Virus record (IMG/VR): IMGVR_UViG_3300020045_005788
Location: 1-29,926 of that record
Strand: one strand, 5' to 3'
DNA: 29,926 bases
Source of the DNA: a virus
Lineage: Duplodnaviria; Caudoviricetes
A program made the translations under genes and the position numbers. The notes under the pieces were generated by a model. The model worked only from the letters and a program-made list of their open reading frames with translations. It made no database searches and was not told where the DNA came from. Each line of letters starts with the position of its first letter. Position 1 is the stretch's first letter. Positions 8,620-16,631 of this stretch are shown here, piece by piece.

Positions 8620-8636
8620 ATAGAGCCCTGCTGCCC

Positions 8637-8816
8637 TCACAATCTTGTTCTTGTTTTCGCGTGGAGTATCCCTATACGTGTCCATCCTACACCGTGCGTG
8701 AGTATACTGAACCAACCCACCACAAGGTACAGGGAAATCCATACCACCACTGTTATAATAAAGATCGGGAACAGTGCGAATACCGCCAACCGCAGCAATA
8801 ACTGTTTAAACATCAT
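8637..8816 (-). CDS. Small membrane protein
   Basis: AGAGGAG SD before ATGATG at 8816; long hydrophobic stretch. Confidence 0.55.
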   Translation of the reverse strand: MMFKQLLLRLAVFALFPIFIITVVVWISLYLVVGWFSILTHGVGWTRIGILHAKTRTRL

Positions 8817-9135
8817 CAGTCTCCTCTTTTGACCCGTCAAGCCCTTGCATACTCTCCCCAGTTAAAGCAGCCTCCTCAGAGAGATGGGCCGCCCACAGGG
8901 TCACCTTCGATGAAGCCAGCATCAGCTCTCTGCCATGCAATGCGTTCTCACTGAGGCCACCATAGTATTCCAGCTCTGCCCCTGTATTAAACATATGGAC
9001 TGACAGTTCGTACAGGTCTCTAACCAGCTCGTGTTTTGTTATTGGTGACGAGCCTTTAAGTGTTGTCATGTTTAATCGCATTCTTATACTGGTTGATAAT
9101 AGACTCTTTATCCCCGAGAGGAACACACTCCACAA
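8806..9135 (-). CDS. Hypothetical protein (true start probably internal)
   Basis: Fits the minus-strand operon; G.ELEYYGG....HG.EL..AS motif. Confidence 0.55.
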   Translation of the reverse strand: MWSVFLSGIKSLLSTSIRMRLNMTTLKGSSPITKHELVRDLYELSVHMFNTGAELEYYGGLSENALHGRELMLASSKVTLWAAHLSEEAALTGESMQGLDGSKEETDDV

Positions 9136-9149
9136 CCATGGTAAGCCAC

Positions 9150-9395
9150 CTATAGTTCAATTAACTCAACTGCAGTAATTCTGCAGTTGTTTGTCGTGAC
9201 CTCATAGGTCACCTGCATTTCTGCTTTCAGCGGAATGCACGATGTTGACACCACAACCATTAAGTGACTGTGGTAGTACTCCAACCTGTACCCGGATTCC
9301 CGGATAAACTCCTCCCCCTCGGTAAAATCTTCCTGAAGGAGACTGAAACAGTCCACCAGAAACTTTTCGCGATGACTCTCCATTTGAATTTTCAT
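9150..9395 (-). CDS. Hypothetical protein
   Basis: ATG ORF in the minus-strand gene array. Confidence 0.55.
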   Translation of the reverse strand: MKIQMESHREKFLVDCFSLLQEDFTEGEEFIRESGYRLEYYHSHLMVVVSTSCIPLKAEMQVTYEVTTNNCRITAVELIEL

Positions 9396-9451
9396 AAGAA
9401 AACCCCGGTAAGGTTAAGTGGATAAAGTAGCTCCTCTAATTTTTGGAAGAG

Positions 9452-10117
9452 CTACATCGAGATCGGAACCGAATCAAAATCCCTTGTGTATGTCAAGTAG
9501 TGCTTACCATCTTCCAATGAAATGCCTAGTTGTTCTGCCGTAGCCGCAAAGGTTTCATCACTCTCGTATTCAACACCATTAAAAGACTCAATGAAGTCGG
9601 TGACATGCTCTAAGGATATGAAATCTACATTCTTGCGTATGTCTAAGCCAATCTGGTGGTTATAATCCGGCCAGATATAAACACACTCTGCCGGTATCGG
9701 GTACATGAGTTTGTTTGTGTAATCTATTGTCAGCTCAGAAGACAGCCTTGCCCGCGTGCTGTGTTCCTCGCGCCAAGCTTCAGAGGGAGCGAACAGGGAG
9801 CAACTAGACAATCCGACTTTCTTGAATAAATCTTTCGGTTCGTTACTCTGTACGTACGGGTAAGCTACAAGCGCACACTCGTCAGCACGACCCCTTACAT
9901 TTGCTAAATAGTCAGATGCCGATGTTGACATTGTTGCAACCCAGAGGCATGGCATACCCTTGTGTACACCAAGGAAGCAGAAGTCTACATAGGGGTTATT
10001 CACGCGCGGGTCATCGAGAATGTTGTGGGTTGTGAAACCCACATACTCACTTTCCCCTAGTCTCTTTAGAAAGTCGTCCACCCACTCACTAGGTGAATCC
10101 TCACACACTTCGACCAT
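9452..10117 (-). CDS. Hypothetical protein
   Basis: 221-aa ORF with GGAG SD. Confidence 0.75.
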   Translation of the reverse strand: MVEVCEDSPSEWVDDFLKRLGESEYVGFTTHNILDDPRVNNPYVDFCFLGVHKGMPCLWVATMSTSASDYLANVRGRADECALVAYPYVQSNEPKDLFKKVGLSSCSLFAPSEAWREEHSTRARLSSELTIDYTNKLMYPIPAECVYIWPDYNHQIGLDIRKNVDFISLEHVTDFIESFNGVEYESDETFAATAEQLGISLEDGKHYLTYTRDFDSVPISM

Positions 10118-10133
10118 AAAAGATTACTCCGTC

Positions 10134-10337
10134 TTACTCTGTGTTAATAACAGCGTCTTTTCGCAGACAAATGCGATTGTTCCCGGTTACAAACAATACC
10201 CCGCCACGGCTTTCGCATGATGCACGGGAACCTGTGAGTTCAAAACTCGAAAGAATGGCAATAACAACGACAGATGTAATTAAACCCACAAAGATACCAA
10301 CTGCAGCGTAGAGCAGTGTTCCGCGATCTAAATTCAT
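10134..10337 (-). CDS. Small membrane protein with C...GG...C motif
   Basis: N-terminal TM helix; CESRGG...C. Confidence 0.6.
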   Translation of the reverse strand: MNLDRGTLLYAAVGIFVGLITSVVVIAILSSFELTGSRASCESRGGVLFVTGNNRICLRKDAVINTE

Positions 10338-10430
10338 TGTCTAAAAACCCCACTAATTTAAGCATCTTCAAGGTTATCGCCTAGCATACCAGTCAAGCCG
10401 GACGGCTTTCAGAAACACTTCAACTCCTTG

Positions 10431-10604
10431 TCAGGGCGCATTAAGCAGGCAGATACCCCACGTAACCAGTCCAGCCGCGATAATCGCTTCAAGCGCCACT
10501 GCAAGCGGTACAGGCTCTTGGATCGTACCTATACTGAGCCAAATTACTTTGATGATAGCATCACATGCCATGAGAACCACAAGTACCCAAATAAATGTTT
10601 CCAT
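10431..10604 (-). CDS. Small two-TM membrane protein, 57 aa (not in ORF track)
   Basis: GAAGGGG SD; METFIWVLVVLMACDAIIKVIWLSIG...ALEAIIAAGLVTWGICLLNAP*. Confidence 0.6.
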   Translation of the reverse strand: METFIWVLVVLMACDAIIKVIWLSIGTIQEPVPLAVALEAIIAAGLVTWGICLLNAP

Positions 10605-10735
10605 CTAGCAACCCCTTCAAATTTACCCCAATGTTCAACCGATAGCGACCGTCGCCGTTTACCACTTAACTTCAACAGCGCTTGTAGTAGCAAGCCGCTG
10701 CGCCATGTGTATGTTAAGCTGCACATGAACATCTG

Positions 10736-10975
10736 TCAACATTGCGCACTGAAAAGATCATCACCGCACCGTTGCAACACCGCTTCATCCGTCACACCAA
10801 AGAGGATTGAGTCCACCCCACAATAGGGGCAGAGGGCTGTCGTTTCCTCGTCACACCACTCAAGGATAGCTGCGCTATCAAACACACGGCAGCAGTAGTA
10901 ACAACCGCACATTTCGTGCTTATCTTGTTGCCAGCGATTATTAATCGCCATAGCTAGCACATCAATCTCACTCAT
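10736..10975 (-). CDS. Zn-ribbon-like small protein
   Basis: CGCYYC...EW.D...TALCPYCGVDSI; AAGGTGG SD. Confidence 0.75.
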   Translation of the reverse strand: MSEIDVLAMAINNRWQQDKHEMCGCYYCCRVFDSAAILEWCDEETTALCPYCGVDSILFGVTDEAVLQRCGDDLFSAQC

Positions 10976-11062
10976 TTAAAGCCACCTTGCAGGTTTATAA
11001 ATGTGGTGAACACACACAAAATCAACAACTTACCCGATGTCAACGACATACGTGTCGTCGTG

Positions 11063-11272
11063 TTAGTAATCCCCTCTCAGGAATTGCCCTAACTCTACCC
11101 AATCCCCGACATCAAGGGTCACAGCCCCACCGTTCTCTGAACAGTAGTTAGCCATATCTTCGAGTGTACATAACCACAAATCTCTCCCTGCGTCAACAGA
11201 ATCGTCACGCAGGGACTTATAGGCCCGGAGGGCTTGTTTTAATTTTGACGGGTACACCGTAACTGTTGCCAT
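11063..11272 (-). CDS. Hypothetical protein
   Basis: TAATG coupling with the upstream ORF. Confidence 0.65.
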   Translation of the reverse strand: MATVTVYPSKLKQALRAYKSLRDDSVDAGRDLWLCTLEDMANYCSENGGAVTLDVGDWVELGQFLRGDY

Positions 11273-11544
11273 TACCCTTTATCCGCTGCCAATAGGTCTT
11301 CAAGTTTTTCTTTGATATATTCCACCGCGCTGAAATATCCATCGTCAACAGAGTGATTCCCATGCACGCCGTACCGCCCATCGGGCCGTTTTAGCACCGC
11401 CTCTAGCTCAGCAACAAAATCCGCTACACGCTGCTCAAGGATGTCCCCGGAGTAGGAGAATTCCAGCCGCACCGTGAGATCAGGCTTCTGCGGAGTCTGC
11501 CATTCAACCGCGTCACTCTTAACCCCCATCTCAAAACTTGTCAT
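11272..11544 (-). CDS. Hypothetical protein
   Basis: GGGTGG SD; first ORF downstream of the structured RNA region. Confidence 0.65.
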   Translation of the reverse strand: MTSFEMGVKSDAVEWQTPQKPDLTVRLEFSYSGDILEQRVADFVAELEAVLKRPDGRYGVHGNHSVDDGYFSAVEYIKEKLEDLLAADKG

Positions 11545-11575
11545 CGTCCACCCATAAAATAGTTAACGCAATGGT

Positions 11576-11915
11576 TGATTCACCCGTCAGTTGTGCGCGG
11601 GGATTACTGGGCCTACACAGACCCGCGGCCCTACGGGTTCCAGTCGGCTGCCCACTGACAACCCCCAACTGTGCTTTGGTACAGGAATTTTAAACTCTAC
11701 CCTAGTTTGACATACTTCCTTGGGTTTGACAGCACCCCCAGCAGCATCGCTGTCGAGCTCTCCCGCTGCCTATACCAAGGCATTAGGCCACCATCCTCGC
11801 CCTTGTCCCCACAACATGATGCATGTTTCCATGCAGCATCCCCCAGTGTGATGACAAGGCCGAGCAGTTCATCCCTTCGCAGGGATGACACCTGCCCGAT
11901 GAACCAGTCCCGATT
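11576..11915 (-). ncRNA. Candidate ~340-nt structured RNA (ncRNA or long leader)
   Basis: Begins just after a consensus promoter. Contains hairpins with GCGA and GAAA tetraloops and a 9-bp terminal closing helix (see findings). Structure assigned by eye. Confidence 0.55.
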
Positions 11916-11921
11916 AAGTCT

Positions 11922-11949
11922 AGTATAACACATCATCAAACCCTGTCAA
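11922..11949 (-). promoter_or_regulatory. Sigma70-type promoter with extended -10
   Basis: TTGACA-N16(...TGTGT)-TATACT on the minus strand. Confidence 0.8.
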
Positions 11950-12099
11950 TAGCACCAGTGAAATTAGTTTTTAGGGTACACCTGTTGAAACGTAGACGTT
12001 TCGTATGACACCCCTAAAGTATTACATTCTTTAAGATAGACACTGTATTTAGTATATTATATAACTAACTAATATATAATAACTAAATACTAGTAATAC

Positions 12100-12168
12100 T
12101 CTTTCCTACGGAAAGATTAGTCTTAATGTTCTTTCAGAACATATAGTCCTCTTATTCCTACGGAATGA
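12100..12168. repeat. Three 17-bp palindromes with 3-nt centres at 26-bp period, in an AT-rich tract
   Basis: TCTTTCC-TAC-GGAAAGA (12100), ATGTTCT-TTC-AGAACAT (12126), TTATTCC-TAC-GGAATGA (12152). Confidence 0.8.
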
Positions 12169-12179
12169 TTATATCTCTT

Positions 12180-12207
12180 ATATTATCACAGAAGTCCAAT
12201 TTGTCAA
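12180..12207 (-). promoter_or_regulatory. Sigma70-type promoter
   Basis: TTGACA-N16(...TGTGA)-TAATAT on the minus strand. Confidence 0.6.
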
Positions 12208-12300
12208 GACCCAAAGGCTTATGATATTTAAATCTAAGCGTTGTGTTTTAATAGAACTAAAGATTATAGGTTATTTTATAAATATTTTCATTCTGTCCTA

Positions 12301-12328
12301 TTGACAAACAGACAACTTGTGTTATACT
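12301..12328 (+). promoter_or_regulatory. Sigma70-type promoter with extended -10
   Basis: TTGACA-N16(...TGTGT)-TATACT, with an AT-rich upstream tract. Confidence 0.8.
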
Positions 12329-12380
12329 TAACACATAGGACACAGATTGTGCCGGCACAGATAAGAACAATAGGTTTGAA

Positions 12381-12728
12381 ATGTTCAAGTTCAAAGATGA
12401 CATAGCGTCGTATTACCCTTGTAAGTTTGGCAATAAACTGAGGTATCCCGACTCCCCCAGTCGGGTATCGTGCCTGTTTTGGGATGGTATGACACTCGGC
12501 GAGTACACTGCAAGACGCTATTTTTATGGTTGGCTCCACAACGTGGATGACATTGGTACGGAAACTATGTCTGGAATGCTTTTCAACCCATCAAACCTCG
12601 ACGGGGTTGGCTCTGGTGAGAGCGCCTACGACCAGATGACCTACACTCACTGGCGTGAGTTTGAGGACTACTTAGAACGTGGGTTTGACTCACTGATTGA
12701 TGAAGTTTGTGGTGTGGATTGCTGCTAA
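12381..12728 (+). CDS. Hypothetical protein
   Basis: Directly downstream of the 12301 promoter; AGGT SD. Confidence 0.7.
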   Translation: MFKFKDDIASYYPCKFGNKLRYPDSPSRVSCLFWDGMTLGEYTARRYFYGWLHNVDDIGTETMSGMLFNPSNLDGVGSGESAYDQMTYTHWREFEDYLERGFDSLIDEVCGVDCC

Positions 12729-12816
12729 TCAATTGGCAGCATTGTCAATTTATTGACATTCCCGTTTTCGTGTGCTTACCTTCGCGAATATAGCACATCC
12801 GGCCAGGTGGGAGTCA

Positions 12817-12984
12817 ATGCAGATTAATCTTTCAACCTTGTCTGACGACGAGATAGACATCCTGTTGTGGTTGGATAAAGCACATAGACAGGTGGTGGAA
12901 GCGCGCAAGGCGCTTGAGGGAGTTTTGAGTGGAAGAAGAAGAGAATATCAGCAAGTCAAAGAGGGGCTTTGCATCACACCCTGA
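12817..12984 (+). CDS. Hypothetical small protein
   Basis: GGGAG SD then ATG 12817 (MQINLSTLSDDEID...); overlaps the TerS-like ORF by 56 bp. Confidence 0.4.
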   Translation: MQINLSTLSDDEIDILLWLDKAHRQVVEARKALEGVLSGRRREYQQVKEGLCITP

Positions 12985-13285
12985 GCTTATCAACCGTGGT
13001 GGCCGCCCCCTTGGAACAAGAAACAAGATTCCTTCTGAGGAAGACTTCCTCGATGCAATCAAAGGGTGCCGTACAGAGGTTATCCAGAAGATAGTTGGCA
13101 TTATGCGCCGTAGCGCAGATGACAAGACACAGCTCAAGGCGGCAGTGAAATTGCTTGATGCAAACTACCAACTGCTTCTCGATGAAGATGAGTTGACACT
13201 CAAGAAGAACAAGAAGAAAGATTCTAATGGTGCTCAGCCAAAAACACAAGTGTGTAAAGTAATTAATCTGCGTGGTGAGCAATGA
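12929..13285 (+). CDS. Putative terminase small subunit
   Basis: GF..HPE.IN..GRP.G.RNK motif, helical core QLKAA.KLL, GAGGGG SD, upstream of terL. Confidence 0.6.
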   Translation: MEEEENISKSKRGFASHPELINRGGRPLGTRNKIPSEEDFLDAIKGCRTEVIQKIVGIMRRSADDKTQLKAAVKLLDANYQLLLDEDELTLKKNKKKDSNGAQPKTQVCKVINLRGEQ

Positions 13286-14139
13286 ATTTCACGTGGGAAA
13301 CAACAACAACAAGCGGCACGGGCAACTTAACCCTTGCCGGGGCAAAGAGCGCACTCTACAAGACGATCAACGCATCGGTTGGAGTCGGGCCACGCTTTCC
13401 GTATACGCTGAAAGACACGACAAACAACGTCTGGGAAACCGGCATCGGCTACTTGTCCGCATCGACTACGATGGTGCGCGAACTGGTGCTAAGCAACTCA
13501 TCCGGGACGCTTGCGGCGTTAACGCTGGGCGGGGCGACAGTCGACGTTTACATCTCAGCGACAAGCGCAAATGTGCCGCTTCCGGCGCTGGGTTTTAGCT
13601 CACTGTCGAGCGTGGGTAAGTTTGCGGTAGGGGCCAACACAATCCGGCCAAATTCCACGCTGGTACTCACAGCCGACAGGACGCTGTGGGCGCCGTTTGT
13701 GTGGCCCACAGCAAAAATAATCGACACGATCGGTTGTGCGATCACTACAGGAGCAGGCACGGGCTCAAACAAACTGCATCTTGGGCTATACGACTGCGAC
13801 CCCAACACAGGCGAGCCGGCGAGTTTGCTTTTGGAAAAAACAAACCTTTTGACAAACTCAGCTGTTGTCGTGTCTGGGACCTTCACCGAGCGCCTTTTGA
13901 TGCCAGGCATCTACTGGGCTGCGTTTTGGAGCGACTCAACGCCTACGCTCCGGGCCGCTGACGGCGGCATCGTCGTCCCGTCACACTTCGCGACCGTCAA
14001 CGGGACGGCATTAATCAACGTCCCATGGTTTTACAAGAGCGCGCAAGCTGGGCTGACAAGCCTGCCGGCCACTGGTAACGCCGACACAGCAAACAAGGCC
14101 AACGCTGCTGTGCCAATGATTTTTCTGGGCCACTCATGA
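13282..14139 (+). CDS. Fibre/receptor-binding-like structural protein
   Basis: ETTTTSGTGNLTLAGA...WETGIG...R..VL.NS N-domain seen in phage fibre proteins; Thr/Gly/Ala-rich beta C-domain. Confidence 0.6.
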   Translation: MNFTWETTTTSGTGNLTLAGAKSALYKTINASVGVGPRFPYTLKDTTNNVWETGIGYLSASTTMVRELVLSNSSGTLAALTLGGATVDVYISATSANVPLPALGFSSLSSVGKFAVGANTIRPNSTLVLTADRTLWAPFVWPTAKIIDTIGCAITTGAGTGSNKLHLGLYDCDPNTGEPASLLLEKTNLLTNSAVVVSGTFTERLLMPGIYWAAFWSDSTPTLRAADGGIVVPSHFATVNGTALINVPWFYKSAQAGLTSLPATGNADTANKANAAVPMIFLGHS

Positions 14140-14627
14140 TGATCACATGCGACTGCTTAAAACTCGGCGTCAGCGATGAAATCGCACGCCAAGGGCACTG
14201 GATAAGATTGCACGACAACGAGTGGCTGTGCTCCGACCCTGTGGCCGTGCAAGCCATTATCGACAGCTTTGATCACGTAGCGCGTGCGCGCAAAGACGCA
14301 AAACTGCGCATCATCGAGCAGATCAACGCGGCGGCCATGTCAATTGAAAAAGCGTACCCAGAAGCCGAAAAAAAGACGTGGCCGTATCAGCGCGCTGAGA
14401 TAGAGGCGTGGCGAAAAGATGCAGCAGCTCCTACCCCGACGATTGACGCCATCGCTTCGATTATCGGTGTGACGCGCGAAGAGCAGCTTGCATCAGTCGC
14501 GTCGAAAGTTGACCAGTACGCCAACTTTTCAAACTTTTTGACGGGCGAGCGGCAGCGGATTTTTGCGCTGATTGATGCGTCAGTTGATGACGCAGAAATC
14601 GACGGCATTAATTTTGGTGGTGGATGA
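14136..14627 (+). CDS. Tail-fibre assembly chaperone-like protein
   Basis: YP..E..TW..Q..E..AW.....A.TP.ID.IA...G......G.RQ pattern; ATGA coupling. Confidence 0.65.
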   Translation: MMITCDCLKLGVSDEIARQGHWIRLHDNEWLCSDPVAVQAIIDSFDHVARARKDAKLRIIEQINAAAMSIEKAYPEAEKKTWPYQRAEIEAWRKDAAAPTPTIDAIASIIGVTREEQLASVASKVDQYANFSNFLTGERQRIFALIDASVDDAEIDGINFGGG

Positions 14628-15508
14628 TGTTTGGTGCGTTTCCACTAGGTGATAGGCCGCTAAGTGACCTGCATGAAATAGCTGCTGGCGGAAGCACATA
14701 CGATGAGTCAGTCACGCTAACCAGCTACGCGGGTGTTACAGTGGCCTCCTCCGCGACATTTGGCGGGGCTGTATCATACACTGCTACAGCAGCATTGTCC
14801 AACGCAGCAGCGCTGATTCTTTCAGAATCAACATCCTTGGCGGCTGTTGCAGCATTTGCGCAAGGTAGTGATCTTCACGCGCAAGGTGCGGTGAGCCTTT
14901 CTTCAGTAGCATCGGATGTAATTAGTTCCCGGGCTGATTTTGGTGCTGGCGTAGATATTAGCAGCATAGCGGGGCAATCTGTTGTTGTACTAGCTGATTT
15001 CTCCCCGACTGTAGCACTCTTGGCTTCTGCAGGGTATGACACATCATCCGTAATGACAATAGAGGCTGCCGCTTCTCTAGGTGGGTTTGCGGGGTCTATC
15101 TTCTCTCTTGAGAATGTATTCTTTGAGTCATTGTCATTAGGGACTACCAGTGCAATTGATGCCGTAGCATCCGTTGACTATGTTGGAAATGTCTCCCTTA
15201 GTGCTACAACAGCCGTTGGAATAACGGTTGTGGCTGACTTCAGTGTAGCTGCTTCGTTGTCATCCTTAAGCGGCGTTGCCGCTTCAGCAGTACTCACGAT
15301 AGAAGAGGAAGCCACTCTTTCTAGTGTCTCAGCAATGCTTGCCTCTGGGGTCATTGGGGACGTTGCTGCAATGATGCACAAGCGCATTACAGTGGCAGAA
15401 GAAGAAAGAACAGGGCTTGTGGCCATAAAGCCAAGAACAACAACCGTGACCGTGGAGGATCGAATCCTCACAGTAACCGTCGCCGTGAAAGATTTAAAAA
15501 TTCTCTAA
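14624..15508 (+). CDS. Ala/Ser-rich elongated structural protein
   Basis: MFGAFPLGDRPLS N-terminal motif, ~20-aa beta repeats, C-terminal V..E.R repeats. Confidence 0.65.
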   Translation: MMFGAFPLGDRPLSDLHEIAAGGSTYDESVTLTSYAGVTVASSATFGGAVSYTATAALSNAAALILSESTSLAAVAAFAQGSDLHAQGAVSLSSVASDVISSRADFGAGVDISSIAGQSVVVLADFSPTVALLASAGYDTSSVMTIEAAASLGGFAGSIFSLENVFFESLSLGTTSAIDAVASVDYVGNVSLSATTAVGITVVADFSVAASLSSLSGVAASAVLTIEEEATLSSVSAMLASGVIGDVAAMMHKRITVAEEERTGLVAIKPRTTTVTVEDRILTVTVAVKDLKIL

Positions 15509-15518
15509 AGGAATAATA

Positions 15519-16073
15519 ATGGAACAAATTGCAAGTGCTGGCCTTGGTGCCTTGGCAAACATCGTTATGCAACCCGTGACACACTACGCAGCGTTTGCAT
15601 CCACGCACTATGATGTGGAATGTTATGACAAAGACGGCAACCTGAAATGGGTTGACGGGTTTGATAATCTAGTTGTTAACACTGGTCTAGATGACATCTT
15701 AAATAAGTATTTTAAGGGTAGCTCCTATACTGCTGCGCACTACGTTGGTCTGAAGGGTGCAGGAACTATTGCTGCTGCTGACACTATGGCATCCCATGCC
15801 GGGTGGGCTGAATCAACTGCCTACTCTGAGGGTGCAAGACAAACACTGACTCTTGGGTCTGTCTCAGGCCAAAGTGTCAGCAACTCAGCATCTAAGGCGG
15901 TGTTCAGTATTAATGGCACAGCCACCATCGCAGGTGCATTTCTTGCCACTGACAGTACAAAAGGTGGCACCAGTGGGACGCTGTATGGAGCTGGTGATTT
16001 TTCTGGTTCACGCTCTGTTGAGAGCGGTGATACACTCAATGTTACTGCAACATTGACGCAGGCTGCATCCTAA
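15519..16073 (+). CDS. Fibre-associated structural protein
   Basis: KW.D...NLVVN.G...IL...F; SN.AS.A.F.IN.T.TI.GAFL...K.GT.G.L...F...RSV.SGDTLNVT; AAGGA SD. Confidence 0.7.
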   Translation: MEQIASAGLGALANIVMQPVTHYAAFASTHYDVECYDKDGNLKWVDGFDNLVVNTGLDDILNKYFKGSSYTAAHYVGLKGAGTIAAADTMASHAGWAESTAYSEGARQTLTLGSVSGQSVSNSASKAVFSINGTATIAGAFLATDSTKGGTSGTLYGAGDFSGSRSVESGDTLNVTATLTQAAS

Positions 16074-16085
16074 CAATAAAAAGGA

Positions 16086-16373
16086 ATGCCGATGAAAGTT
16101 TTTAAAAAGACGCCGGATGGCATTCTTGATTATGGGTTGGACTGGGTAAGTTGGCTTGAGGAAGGGGATACTATCGTAGCCTCTGAGTGGGAAGCCGACA
16201 CAGGTGTCACGGTGGACTCTGACGAGTTTACTACAACACTGACCACAGCCTTTATCTCCGGCGGTAGTATACACAAGAGCTACAACATCACAAATACAAT
16301 AACCACTGATGGTGGTAGGACGACATCACGTTCAATACGCATAGATGTCGTTCCTAAAATTTATGAAGAATAA
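16086..16373 (+). CDS. Fibre-tail adaptor-like protein
   Basis: K.P...LDY.LDW..WL..GDTI..SEW...T.AFISGG.....Y.ITN.ITT..GR...RSI.I.V. Confidence 0.7.
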   Translation: MPMKVFKKTPDGILDYGLDWVSWLEEGDTIVASEWEADTGVTVDSDEFTTTLTTAFISGGSIHKSYNITNTITTDGGRTTSRSIRIDVVPKIYEE

Positions 16374-16376
16374 AGG

Positions 16377-16631
16377 CGTTGCACTCAGGCAGGTGGCCAC
16401 TCTCTGAACAGCAATGATAAATGTTATTGCGCGGGTAATAATAACTTCGGTGCTCTGCCATCGGTAAAGTAGTCCACGCGCAATAACCCTTTCCCTTTTG
16501 GTACCACCCTTTTATGGATTACTGCACCGCCACCTCATCTGTGCAGGACAAGAGTGTGGGAGTCCCCCTCCAAGTTCTCCCTCCCACATTCCTCCATGAA
16601 TTTTTAGTTTATAAGTCGTTACGGAGAACTA
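16377..16631 (+). ncRNA. Structured 5' leader of terL
   Basis: Four helices, a 7-nt loop-loop complement, and an 8-nt loop complement to the terL RBS (see findings). Confidence 0.6.

Noticed and set aside
10428-10826. Plus-strand 132-aa ORF and minus ORF 10544..10732
   Set aside because: They shadow better-supported minus genes (10431..10604 and 10736..10975) and lack an RBS.
11576-11915. Cobalamin riboswitch controlling nrdJ, or tRNA/tmRNA
   Set aside because: No recognisable B12-box (GCCACUG...GGGAAG) and 3 kb from nrdJ; no T-loop or CCA cloverleaf.
11671-11939. ORFs 11697..11939 (-) and 11671..11928 (+)
   Set aside because: No SD; the minus ORF starts inside the promoter spacer; the region is better explained as structured RNA.
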